Source: Zootoca vivipara
Taxonomy: Eukaryota
Direction of reading: 5' to 3'
Assembly (NCBI RefSeq): GCF_963506605.1
Contig: NC_083277.1
Coordinates: 95,294,001 to 95,358,000, forward strand
Length of the DNA: 64,000 nt
This document shows positions 1-11,191 of this stretch, piece by piece; within the stretch, counting starts at the first letter, position 1; each line of letters opens with the position of its first letter. The notes beneath the pieces are model-generated. The model saw nothing but the letters and a program-made list of their open reading frames with translations. It had not been told where the DNA came from and did no database searches. Made by a program: the position numbers and the translations under genes.

Positions 1-298
1 AGAAAAAAGGCGCTGTCAGAAGCCCCACCTCCGTGAGATCCACAGGAAGTATAGCTCCCACCTCGAAGAAAGCCAGAGCAGACTCCTCAGCGTGGGCCAA
101 AGGCATCATGCCATCTTCCCTTCCTTCCCACCCCAATGCTAAAAAGTGGAAAGGATGCCACAATACCCATTTTGGTTCAACGCAAGGAAGTCAATTAACC
201 GCCTATGATTTAACGGGGAGAGAGGCGATCCCAACCGTGCTACAAGCTCCTCCCGCAGCTCTCTGCCCACATTAAGGGCCGGGGCCCTGGGAGCTTAC

Positions 299-784
299 GG
301 CGGCGCTCATCCAACTGGTTCAGCAGCTCCAGGAGCTGAGGGTGCATGCTGTTGATGGACTGGAAGAGCGAGAGCACAGCAGAGTCATTGGTGATGCTCC
401 GGCCCCGCAGGTGGTTGCTCTTCATGCGGTTGACGAAGGTGGTGACGGCGTTCTGCAGAGCCTTCAGGAACTGGTCGTGGCTCTCGTCTGTCTCACCGTT
501 TTGGTATTGCTGCTGGGGAGACCATCAGAGAGAGATGGGGAGACCATTAATTGGAAGCCGCAATTCCAACTAAGTTAAAGCTCAACCAAGTTCATTTTTC
601 AATGTGGCTTCAGCTGCCTTGGGTTACCCCTGCCCTCTTTCCCTGCAAGGCGATGCATCTCCTCTGAAGGCAGCCCTGTTTAGGGAAGCTTTTAATGTTT
701 AATAGATTATTGTATTTTAATGTTCTGTTGGAAGCCGCCCAGAGTGGTTGGGAAAACCCAGCCAGATGGGCGGGGTATAAATAA

Positions 785-843
<59 letters not shown>

Positions 844-3800
844 CATCATCATCATCTCCTGTAAAAACCTTAAACCTCCAGACTGTTCAAATGCAGCACA
901 GCAAGCTTGCCGCACTCCGTGCCTGGCCTCCTTTAATTCCGCTGCTCACATTGGAGAAAGAATCAGCAGTTGCTCACCAGCTGGCAACCATTTCAGGAAA
1001 AAACCAAACAAACCCAGCAGCTGAGCCTAATTCTGCTTTACTGAGACGCACCCTAAGAGCACACAGGAAAGGAAGGTTGCTCTTACCTCCACCACACTGA
1101 GTGGGGCAGGCTGGACTTCGGTGTTTTGGGTTGCTGGCTCCCCCATGGATAGCGGGGCTGAAGGGGTGGGGCTCTTGCGCACCTCCTCCTGCTTCTTCTC
1201 CCAGTAGTTGCGGTTCAGGTACCGAGCCAACTGCAAGGAGATGTTGGGAAACAGGAAGCAAGCTGGTTGTCACTAGCCAGGGTGTCGCTGATACTAGCAA
1301 ACTACAAAATGGCTTATGGGGACAGGGGGGTCTTACCTCAGGGTCAATGTCCTCAGCCAGAGGTGCAGAGGAGTTCTGAAATAAGACACATATTACATGA
1401 TTAACCACCCATACAAAGATGGGTACCTTGAGAGTACCCCCACTGGCTCCCATTCTCTTAGGAGATCAACGCTGCCTGTTTCAAGCTTCAAGGCATGAGG
1501 GGACTCGTGAGCAGAAGGAGCTGCTAAAGCAAGGTGAGAGGAAAAGCCAACACACCTTCTCTTCCTCTCCCATGGACTTCCTTGGACTTACCACAGAATG
1601 TTCATGACACGGGAGAAGTGTATAAATGGCAATAGGGGAAATCTCTCCAGGCGGGTGGGCACTTACCACAGGCGAGGAATAAAGGGTGTTGACTGGTGGA
1701 GCCGATGAAGTGACTGGTGTCGGCTCAGCCTTGGGGTATGTGGAATACGTGCTTTTCTGTCTCTGCAGAGGAAAAGCAAGAGGGAGAACGATATAGGAAT
1801 GCTTCACTGATTCCTGAACTTGCACAGCAAGCCAGGAACCACTTTTGCCGTCTGCCAGCAAGCCAGAAGCTGATCGGGAATGAAGCCTGAAGCATGTCTC
1901 CTGACAGTTACCCGCCACGTCTGGGCATCTCAGAATGGCACAAATAAGTGTGCAGTTAGTGATGAAATTAGATTCACCCAGAATCAGCATGGTCTTTATC
2001 TGCTCTTAATTGGACAACAAAATGGGAAAGTTAGTGCAGCATTTTAATTAACTGAACACGACATAACGTGTTTGTTTTTCGGAACACCCGATTGGCAAAG
2101 TACCCAACAATTAAAATGCCTCCTTTTGGTGGGGGGAGACTTGACATCAGCACAAGTTTCCCATATTTGAGGACTAGGCTGTTGCAGGTAAAGAGGGAGC
2201 TTATGCAGAACATTGAGCTACCTAAGCTCTACAAGGCAGTCAACCCTGCAGGGTACCTCCGAGTATTAATGTCACAGGAATCCCCCCCTAATTCTCAAGA
2301 CACAAACCATCCTTTCCTTCTCCTCTGCCTCTGACTGGGAGAGTGCAATGGCCAGCTGCAGCTCCTCCTCCTCCTGCAGGGCAGTTTCATCACGCTTGGG
2401 AGGCAGCTGAGGGCAGAAGAAACAGCAGTCACTGTAACCCGGGTGAAGAGGTGACGGGTGAAGCCGGAGCCCCATCCCTTGCCATCACAGCCAAGTGCTC
2501 ACCTGGGACTGCTGGGAAAGAGGGCTGGTCAGGTACTCAGGAGGAAGCTCCGTGGTTGCAGTTCCTTTCCCTTCTGCTTTCCTGTGTATACAGAGAAGCC
2601 AGGATCATGACCACAGCTGAACTGCAATCTGGTGGTCAGCCAGGGGTTTGGGGGTGGGGGAAGAGAGGACCACTCAACACCTGCTCTATTGTAGCATCTG
2701 TTGATCTGCAATAAGCCAATTAGCTTTTTCTCTTTAAGCTGCAACTTGCCAGACTACAGTGGAACCTTGGTTCTCTTAACTTAATCCGTTCGACTCCCGA
2801 AACAGTTTGAAAACCAATGTGCAGCTTCCTATTTGCTGCAGGAGCTTCCTGCACTCAAGCAGAAGCCGTGTTGGACATTCGGCTTCTGAAAAACGTTCAA
2901 AAACCGGAACACTTACTTCCGAGTTTTTGGTGTTCAGGAGCCAAAACATATGAGTATCAAGGCATTCAAGAACCAAGGTAGAACTGTATTCAGTTTACTG
3001 TTAGAGGAATAACAACTTTCTCCCTCCAGAGTCTGCACATGTAGAAAGAAAGGCTGCCACAAAAACCCCCATCTCATCCTTCCCCAACCTTTCCGTGCCA
3101 ACGACCCTCTTCATTAACTAAGCTCTGATACTTACTTGTTGAGATGCTCGTAGCAGGGCTCACACACCCGCACCTCCTTCTCTATGCCAAACTTGGGAAT
3201 GGTGGAATACTTGGAGGAGCACTTCCCACAGAAAATCTGCCCGCATGCCCGGCAGTGGTGCTGTGAATACAGGGAGAGGTCGAGAATAGAAGCCCACTAG
3301 AATTTAAATCTCCCGGCCACCACCTCCTCTTGTTGCCATTATAACATGGCTCTGTGTCATGTCAGCTGTCACAGGAAAGGAGCTCCAGGTTGGGACAGGG
3401 AACTGCACCACTCACCTTACGAGTCACCACCCCAAACTGGACTCTGCACCGGTGACACTCCTCCGCGTCCACCCAGTCTGGGGCCTGCCACACAGAAACA
3501 AAGCAAGTATTGGGGTAACAAAAAGGCTGTCATAAAGCCTTGAAGTGATCCTAAGAGCCCGAAAAAAGCACCCCCAAGAGCAGCAGTATTTGAAGAGGGA
3601 TCCCAGATAGAGAAAAAGCATGTGCAACATAAAGAGGCAGTAAAAACTAAATAGGTGGTTCTCTTCCTGATCTGGAATGCTGGTCATTCTTGGGATACCC
3701 TTGTCAGTGATCCATGCTGACAGCCCTCACAGTTAGACTACTGCAATGCATTCTATGTGCAGCTGCCCTTGAAGATGGTTAGGAGGCCGCAGATAGTGTA

Positions 3801-4904
3801 GAATGCCGCTGCTTGTTTACTGAATGAGATGCAGAGTCGCATTACATCAATTTTCTGTGATCTGCACCAGCTAGCTATTTGATTCCAAGTCTACTTCAAG
3901 GTATTAATATTGGCTTATTATTACACTAAATGACTTGGGACCCAAGTATGTTTGAGTTCTTCTCTCATGGTGTGCCACTTGCAAGCTAATAATCTGTGGA
4001 CCCTTCTTGTGGGCCCACCCCTGAGTAGTGCTCAGTATGTAGGGTGTGGTTGTGTGAGAGAGAGACCCGTGTGAGGGCCTTCTCAGTTGTGGCACCCTCC
4101 ATGTGGAATTCCCCTGCCTCTGGAGATCTACCTGGTGTCCTTCCTACTTCAGTTACATAGATTGCTTAAAATGCACTAAGGCAAGCATGTCCAAAGTCCG
4201 TTTCAGGGGCCTAATCCGGCCCCTATGGCAGAATATGCCCTGGGGCAAAACCCTAAAAAAAGCTCAGCAACTTCAATCCCCAAAAAAGCTCAACAGCTTT
4301 GGGGTTAAATTCTTTAAAAAGCTCAACAACTTCAATTCTAAGAGAAGCTCTACCTGGGGTATGAGCAGTCTGATTCCGTAACAACCTATTAGAAGTATTT
4401 ACTTTCTGCTGTTGCTTTTAATGTTGGCTTTACTTCTGCGCATTTTTTACCTTTTGTGAACCACTCTGGGATGCTGTTCTGAAGAACATTATGAAAACGA
4501 GATAAGCAAGTGAGTAATACAATTAGCTTCTCTTACTTCCCACAGCCCACAATGTACAAATCGAATGGGATACTTTTTATTTTTGCTATCACCCACCCCC
4601 AGGCAGCTGGATTTTTCACTGGAGACTGATTCAGCCCAAACTCAGCAACAGAAGAATCAAGACAGATTATAATTACCACAAAAAAGTCCAAATCATTTCC
4701 ATATGTGAGGCGTGCCCCTTTCCCAACTGGGACACTCACCCTTTCCGCTGCAAACATGGCATCACTCTCCTTGAATTCTGGGAAAACATGACCTGCAGGA
4801 AAGATAAACAATGTCACGCTGTTGGGCTCTTCAACCACAGGCACCTGCTGGTACTTGGGATGGGGGCACCAAGTAGCAGACCTGAGAAGCCGTGTACAAA
4901 TGCA

Positions 4905-4958
<54 letters not shown>

Positions 4959-7900
4959 TTATTTATACCCCGCCCATCTGGCTGGGCGGCTTCCAACAGA
5001 AAAATAAAATACAATAATCTATTAAACATTAAAAGCCTCCCTAAACATTCAGATGTCTTCTAAAAATCTGGACATTCACCTGCTCACCACGTTCCCTTTT
5101 CCAACCAAAGAAAACATGACATCTCCACAAATGTACTGAAGGGATGAGGCTAGAGGGATTGGCATAGATTTGGCCTTCCAGAATTCAGACCACCTGACCC
5201 ATAGTCCAACATACCATATTATCACAAGTGACAAAGATCACAGAAATTCTTCTCGGCTCTGGAAGCTACTGTGTTCCATTAGGGCTTATACCTAAGACAC
5301 TGACATGCTACTGTCATTGCTGTTTCTTAAAACATATGCACCAGTGTGTTTTCTCCAGATCCCCAACTGAACATACTCCGTCTTCCCACCCGCCCCCGCC
5401 CCCCTCTTCACAGCACAGGTCACTCATCCTTACCTTCAACCTTCATTATCTGGTAAGTGTCCTGCACCACCTTGTACTTGGGTTCATTGCGGAAGGCATG
5501 AGCCCATGCCTGGATCAAGTACAGGATCTTGTTGCGAACATTGGCTTCCACTTGTCTCTGTAGAAATGAGCAGAGCCAGGATCAGGCAATATGCCCAATG
5601 GAAACGAACCCACAATATTCCAAGGGAACAGCGTAAGTGCAATCTAATTGGGAAATGGCACTCAGAGCAATCCCCCTTGCCACCTAGCATCAGAAATCCA
5701 ACCTCAGTTATTCTCTTTGCTGTATATTCATCTTCTACTAGGGGTGGGAAGGACAGAAAGAGTGATTTTCCTTGAAAATTTCCTCCTGCTGGAAAGGAAC
5801 TCCATGTTTGGCCTAGGAGGGTGGCTTCACTGTTTATAAATTTGGATTTCTTTTGCTTTTACGGAGAGGAGAAACAGCCAAAAAAGCTCCTACCTTCAGC
5901 AATTCCTTCAACTCCTCCATGGTCAGTTTGTTAGCCACTTCATCGTGAACTGTTTGACCACAGTTCTTTACCACAGATTCCAAGACCTACGCGGAAAATA
6001 TATTCATGAGCATGCACTGTCCCTGACCAAATATCCAAAGAGGTGCCCTGCTGGATTAGGCCAAAGGCCTATCTAGTCAAGTATCCTGTTTCCCCCAGTA
6101 GCCAACTAGACATCCATGGAAATACCACCAGCAACAAATACAAATGCAACAGCCCTTTGCCACTGTTTCCCCCCAGAGGACTGATATTGAGAGACACTGA
6201 TAGCTTTATCCTCCAGGAATCTGTCTAATCCGCTTTTAATGTTGCCCTAGTTACAAGTAATTGGCAGCAGAAGTTCTGGTCCTCCTTTGAACAAAAAGTG
6301 GGCTGGCTGCACATCTCCCTCGCAAGGTTAGGGAAAGAAAGCTTCGCTCATTGACCTGGGAGAGTGAATACACCCTGAGGAAGTGGTTTCACTTTAGCTT
6401 ACCTCTAGCGCGTAGAGAGCCACATGTGGATTCTTGTCATTGACTTTCTTCTTTATTGCACCAACAGCATATTTAGCCCTGGACAACAAAATGCAAAGAA
6501 TAACAGCTCAGTCTAACGGCAGCGTAGGAAGGACCAGTTGTCATTCTGAAGCCATCCCAAAATCCCTGCTCTCCTGAAATATAATAGCAGTGCTTATAAT
6601 GGAAGAGGGAAATGTGTCAACATGTGTCAAGATTTGAAGCTAAATTATTTGACTAATCTACGATAGGCCTGTTGTCTTTGTCCATGGAGTTTTCTTGGCA
6701 GGGATACTGGAGCGGCTTGCCAGTTCCTTCCCCCGAGTGCTCCCTGGAAGGACAGATCCTGAAGCTGAGGCTCCAATACTTTGGCCACCTCATGAGAAGA
6801 GAAGACTCCCTGGAAAAGACCCTGATGTTGGGAAAGATTGAGGGCACTAGGAGAAGGGGACAACAGAGGATGAGATGGTTGGACAGTGTTCTCGAAGCTA
6901 CCAACATGAGTCTGACCAAACTGCGGGAGGCAGTGGAAGACAGGAGTGCCTGGCGTGCTCTGGTCCATGGGGTCACAAAGAGTCGGACACGGCTAAACGA
7001 CTAAACAACAACAACAACAAATCTACGATAACTGTTCCATTTACCAATCAAAATCATTTATGTGTGAGGCAGTGAATACCATGTTTCTCATATTATAAGA
7101 CACGTCATATATTTATTTTTTCCTCAAAAAAACACACTATGGCTTATTTTCAAGGGTTGTCTTATTTTTTTCCTCCTCCTCCTCCTCCTGCCGCGGCCGG
7201 CATTGCTGCTGCGCTTATCACTATGTCTTATTTTCGGGGTATGGCTTATATTCCTTGAATGCTTAAAAATCCTGCTATGGCTTATTTTATGGGTATGTCT
7301 TAAAATATGAGAAACAGGGTATCTTGCACGTCTGTGAATTTACTATGTAATGCGGAAACTGCTGTATGATGAAAGAATATGCTTCATTTTCTTAAGTATC
7401 AGTACGGTAGTTGTAGAAAACTCTTGGAAATACATGCAGTGCCTTCTCTTCCTATTCTTTTCTACAGATACCTTCCTTGTCAAATAATTTCAGACAATTT
7501 CGTTATTAAAGCAGAACACAGAGAACCAACCCAATATAAGCAAACATAATTGTCACATAATTATTATTATTTTCCTTTTGCACAAGGGCTGGAACTTCTT
7601 TGTTCACAGCATGTCTCTAGTTTCACAGGAAAAGAAACCCACAAAACAATTTTCTCATCTCTTTCAGCAGAGGCCGTATATCTAGAAGAGCAGATCTCGT
7701 ATGTAGTTTTAAGAGTTGTTCTGTTAATATATACACTAATAAATACACTGGGATGAGATGGAATGTTAAGACCCAAAAAGACTGACATTAATAGATGACT
7801 TATTTGACTGTCCTGGCAATCCATTTTTTCTGAAGAAAATCTGCAGCGACACTCATCAACTGCTCATTTCATTAGCCTCTCACTTAGTTAAACTTTTTTG

Positions 7901-10274
7901 GTCCAAGGACCATATTAACCATAAAGTAACACTCCAAGGACTGGATGCCAAGGCCATTTTCCACCCACTATTGCAGCTGCAGATCAGCAATGGGGATGGA
8001 AGAGCAAATGCTGTTCCTTGATCTTCAGGGAGTGACGGGGCTCAACAACATCACTCCCCCTGCTCATCAGATCAATCTGATGAATAAGGGGAAATCCCCA
8101 TCACTGCACTGGTCTGGGTGGTGGAGCTGAAACCTCTCTGCTCACACCAGTACAACACGACAGTGCTCAGCAACACCGAGTCCTTCTCAGTAAACAATGA
8201 CAGCAGCCAAATTGTTGGGGGCCACCAGAAATCATTGGGGGGGGGGTCCCACACATGGCCCACATGTTATCTACCTCTGTACAGTCATACCTCGGGTTAC
8301 AGATGCTCCAGGTTGCGTCTTTTCAGCTTGTGTCCTGAGCTGAACCCGGAAGTACCTGAACACGTTACTTCTGGGTTTCAGCACTCACGCATGCGCAGAA
8401 GCACTAAATCGCTCTTTGCACATGTGCAGAAGCACCAAATCGCAACCCGCGCATGTAGAGACGCAGGTTGTGAATGCTGCGGGTTGCGAACATGCCTCCT
8501 GCATGGATCACATTCGCTACCCGAACGTCCACTGTATTTGTTTCATAGACAAAGAGCATGCCATAGTAGCAACAATGCTGGCTTTGGATGTGGAAACCCC
8601 CAGGTTCAAATTTCTGCTCGCCCTTGAGGCTCAAAGGATGAACCTGGGCAACCACAAATACTCAACTTACTCTACTGCAAAGGGCAGCTGCGAGGTTAAA
8701 ATGTGGGACAGCTCAGTGTCCTAAACATATCAATAAACCATGATGCATATAGAGTGAAGAAAGATTGGTGCAGTCATCAGCACTTACTGGGTGTCACCCT
8801 GACGAATCATATCGCAAATCTGGAGGATGGACTCCCAGTCTGTCTCCAGCAGAAGCTGACTGGTAGCTTTATCTGAAATACATTGAAATAACCATTAACC
8901 ATTCAGGTCAAATGCTAATATAGTTATTTGCTCTGGGAGTCTGTTGGAGAAATAAGCCATACTTTGTCTTTGTTGGTAGAGTACACCAGAAATTTGAGAA
9001 CCTAGAGCAGGCATCCCCAACCTTTGGCTCTCCAGATGTTTTGGACTACAATTCCCATCATCCCTGACCACTGGTCTTGTTAGCTAGGGATCATGGGAGT
9101 TGTAGGCCAAAACATCTGGAGGGCTGCAGGTTGGGGGTGCCTGACCTAGAGCATTTTGTTTTGTGACCTACTGTTCACCTAACAGTGTCCTGCAAAATAT
9201 CTTACATGCCTATGCTTGGCATCAATCCTTTGTATGTGGATTATAATTTTATTGAGTAATTATAATGAGTAATTTTGTTGGTTGACAGAGATAATGTTGA
9301 GGTAGTGAACAATTGTAGCAGTTGTATGGAATGGATGGTGAGTGGGATTGGGTGAGTGGTTGTATGATGTGCATTATTTTGGTCGAAATTTTATGTTGTA
9401 CTGTATGGCCTTGTAACATTCTCTGACTTTATAATTGATATTATGTTTATGCTGTACATAGAAATGGATATTGTTTATGAATTTGTTTTGTTTATATATA
9501 AATCATTTGATATGGTTTTTATTTTAATTATTGTGTTTCTAAATTTATTTTTATCTATTGTAAACTGTTGAGATTTTCATATAGTTTGCAATTTGTAAAT
9601 GGAAACAACTGTTATGTTGCTGCTAAATGGTGGCCCCTTACAAAGAGCATTTCTAACTCACAATAGCAGAGTCAATATTACTTGCAGAACTGCCCATGTT
9701 TGCTACTCCAATCTGCCATCCACAAAGACTTAATTTTTTGCAGCTGCTTCTGTGCATTTTCATCTTCTTACTTACATTGTCAAAAAAAATTACTGTAAGC
9801 TTATTTGACGTTTTTCTTTTTCTTTTGCTTATGTTACTCTAAAGTTCAATCTCTGTGGACAGCACTATATAAAAATTAGCAAAGGAGCTCATAATCTTAT
9901 GACAATTGTGTGCCCATCCCCCACCCCCCTTTTCTTGTTTTCTGGTAACCAACGCTTTTGCCACCCCCACAGCAGATGACACATTTCAAACTCCTTCCTC
10001 ATGTGACACCTGCCCTACTGCACCACTTCTTGACTCAGTCAACTGAGATTTCTGTTCTTGCTCTGTCACTTCCTGGATTGTTAGTCACCTTGCAGAGCCT
10101 GATTTTAGTAATAGTGGTGAGATCAGCAGTGTTGTACTGTAAAAGCATAATGCTTTTCATTTCTCAAAAGACTGTTAACTTCCCCCCATAATTCAAAAAG
10201 GGCCAGATTAGTCAGTTAAACAAACACCACAGCTCTGATCCAGTGATTACCCCTTCATTCGTCACTGAACAATA

Positions 10275-10305
<31 letters not shown>

Positions 10306-10969
10306 ATAGGCGTGTGTGACTTGTTTATTTTTGTTTATTTTTGTAAGGGTTGTATCCAATGCTATTTGTGTTCAGAGTAGATCCACTGAGCTTTATGAAT
10401 GTGGCTTAGATCCAATGCACCCACACTGAGTAGGGCGAACACTGGTTAAAACCCCAAATGCCCATTTTCGAGATCAAAGGGCAGCAAAAGGAATGTTGTC
10501 ATCCTGTCTGTGTCTGGCAGATGAAGTCGGTTACAGCTGCTAGGCCCAAACACGGTTTTTGTTTTTGTTTTTAACGTTGGGAGCTTCAATCTGGGCATAT
10601 GTGGGGTGACCATAGTGCATAACCATAGGGGAATTAATAGGGGGCGGGTGGGGGGATGGGCAGCGAACAGAGAAGCAGCTTTCGGGGGGGGGAACCTATT
10701 TGGCTTCCAGCTTAATGGGAGCTGATGGAAAAGGGAGGTCCTACGCGCAGGAGCTCTGGGCTTTGACGTTCCCCAAAGGAGCTCAGCCCGAAGAAGCGCA
10801 GCATCGGGCGAAGGTGCGAGGAGGGCGAAGATGAGGAGAGGAAGGAGAAGGGTCAGAACACCCCACCCAGGTATTTGGGGTCACAGGTTAACGGGGCAGG
10901 TCGCTGCCGGGACTCCCTCCCTCGCCCAGTACCTAGAAGCCGCTCGAAGGTGCCGCCGCCTCGCCCCAT
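299..10969 (-). CDS. HGS: Hepatocyte growth factor-regulated tyrosine kinase substrate (HRS, ESCRT-0), coding exons 1-14; continues past the window start
   Basis: Exons: 10933-10969 (MGRGGGTFERLL), 8788-8872, 6403-6478, 5894-5986, 5434-5557, 4740-4792 (VHS domain); 3416-3484, 3136-3260 (FYVE: DWVDAEECHRC..RKHHCRACGQIFC..RVCEPC); 2503-2581; 2308-2406 (UIM: QEEEELQLAIALSQSEAEE); 1667-1762, 1337-1375, 1087-1230, 299-512 (NRMKSNHLRGRSITNDSAV). All GT-AG, phases consistent, close match to recalled human HGS. Confidence 0.97.
664..852 (+). mobile_element. L2 LINE 3' tail with expanded (TTA)n
   Basis: Near-identical to 42495-42637; flanked by direct repeat CATCTCCT. Confidence 0.85.
2757..2986. mobile_element. 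Tc1/mariner (Tigger-like) MITE
   Basis: TA|CAGTGGAACCTTGGTT...AACCAAGGTAGAACTG|TA. Confidence 0.8.
3690..4160 (+). mobile_element. Old degenerate L2 fragment
   Basis: Contains TTAGACTACTGCAATGCATTCTATG (LDYCNA) similar to the 41.7-42.6 kb copy; many stops. Confidence 0.7.
4905..5070 (-). mobile_element. L2 LINE 3' tail with (AAT)n
   Basis: Reverse complement of the same L2 3' UTR. Confidence 0.8.
6666..7019 (+). mobile_element. Bov-B (RTE) LINE, truncated with a 5' inversion
   Basis: 3' ORF end LKLRLQYFGHLMRREDSLEKTLMLGKIEG..GVTKSRTRLND, (CAA)n tail, 11-bp TSD AATCTACGATA at 6655-6665 and 7020-7030. Confidence 0.92.
7079..7319. mobile_element. Tc1/mariner (pogo-like) MITE
   Basis: TA-flanked TIR CC(A/C)TGTTTCTCATATT.TAAGAC; relative at 12921-13102. 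Confidence 0.8.
8282..8534. mobile_element. Tc1/mariner MITE
   Basis: TA|CAGTCATACCTC...CACTG|TA; inverted relative at 35834-36084. Confidence 0.75.
9008..9143. mobile_element. hAT-type MITE (about 136 bp)
   Basis: TIR CAGGCATCCCCAA, 8-bp TSD ACCTAGAG. Confidence 0.9.
10275..10301. repeat. (TG)n microsatellite
   Basis: Read directly. Confidence 0.95.
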
Positions 10970-11191
10970 GGCGATCCCCGTTCAAGAGCAGGTAGCACCG
11001 ACCGCTGGATCTGGCTCGCCTCGGAAACCCGCTTCCGCAGCCTAGGCCCCGCTTCCGGCTTCCGCTAAGCGCCGAGGCGGGACTTCCGGCGGCAGGCATT
11101 AGGCGATTGGCGGACCTAGTGACCGGAGCGGCCTGTCGGTCCTGGAACGGATGGGTTCGTGGCCGGGAGGAAGCGGTCGCCTCTGGTTGTT
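10970..11191. promoter_or_regulatory. Bidirectional CpG-island promoter shared by HGS and ARL16
   Basis: Only 222 bp separate the two ATGs; CpG-rich; ETS/GABP-type CTTCCGG at about 11052 and 11083; ATTGG (CCAAT) at about 11106. Confidence 0.85.

Noticed and set aside
610-1100. ORFs with poly-Ile/Leu/Asn/Tyr runs (also about 4800-5060, 17700-18100, 27740-27950, 29400-29860)
   Set aside because: Translations of (TTA)n/(AAT)n microsatellite tails, mostly of L2 elements.
6645-7075. Several overlapping 100-aa ORFs on both strands
   Set aside because: All derive from the Bov-B fragment, not a host gene.
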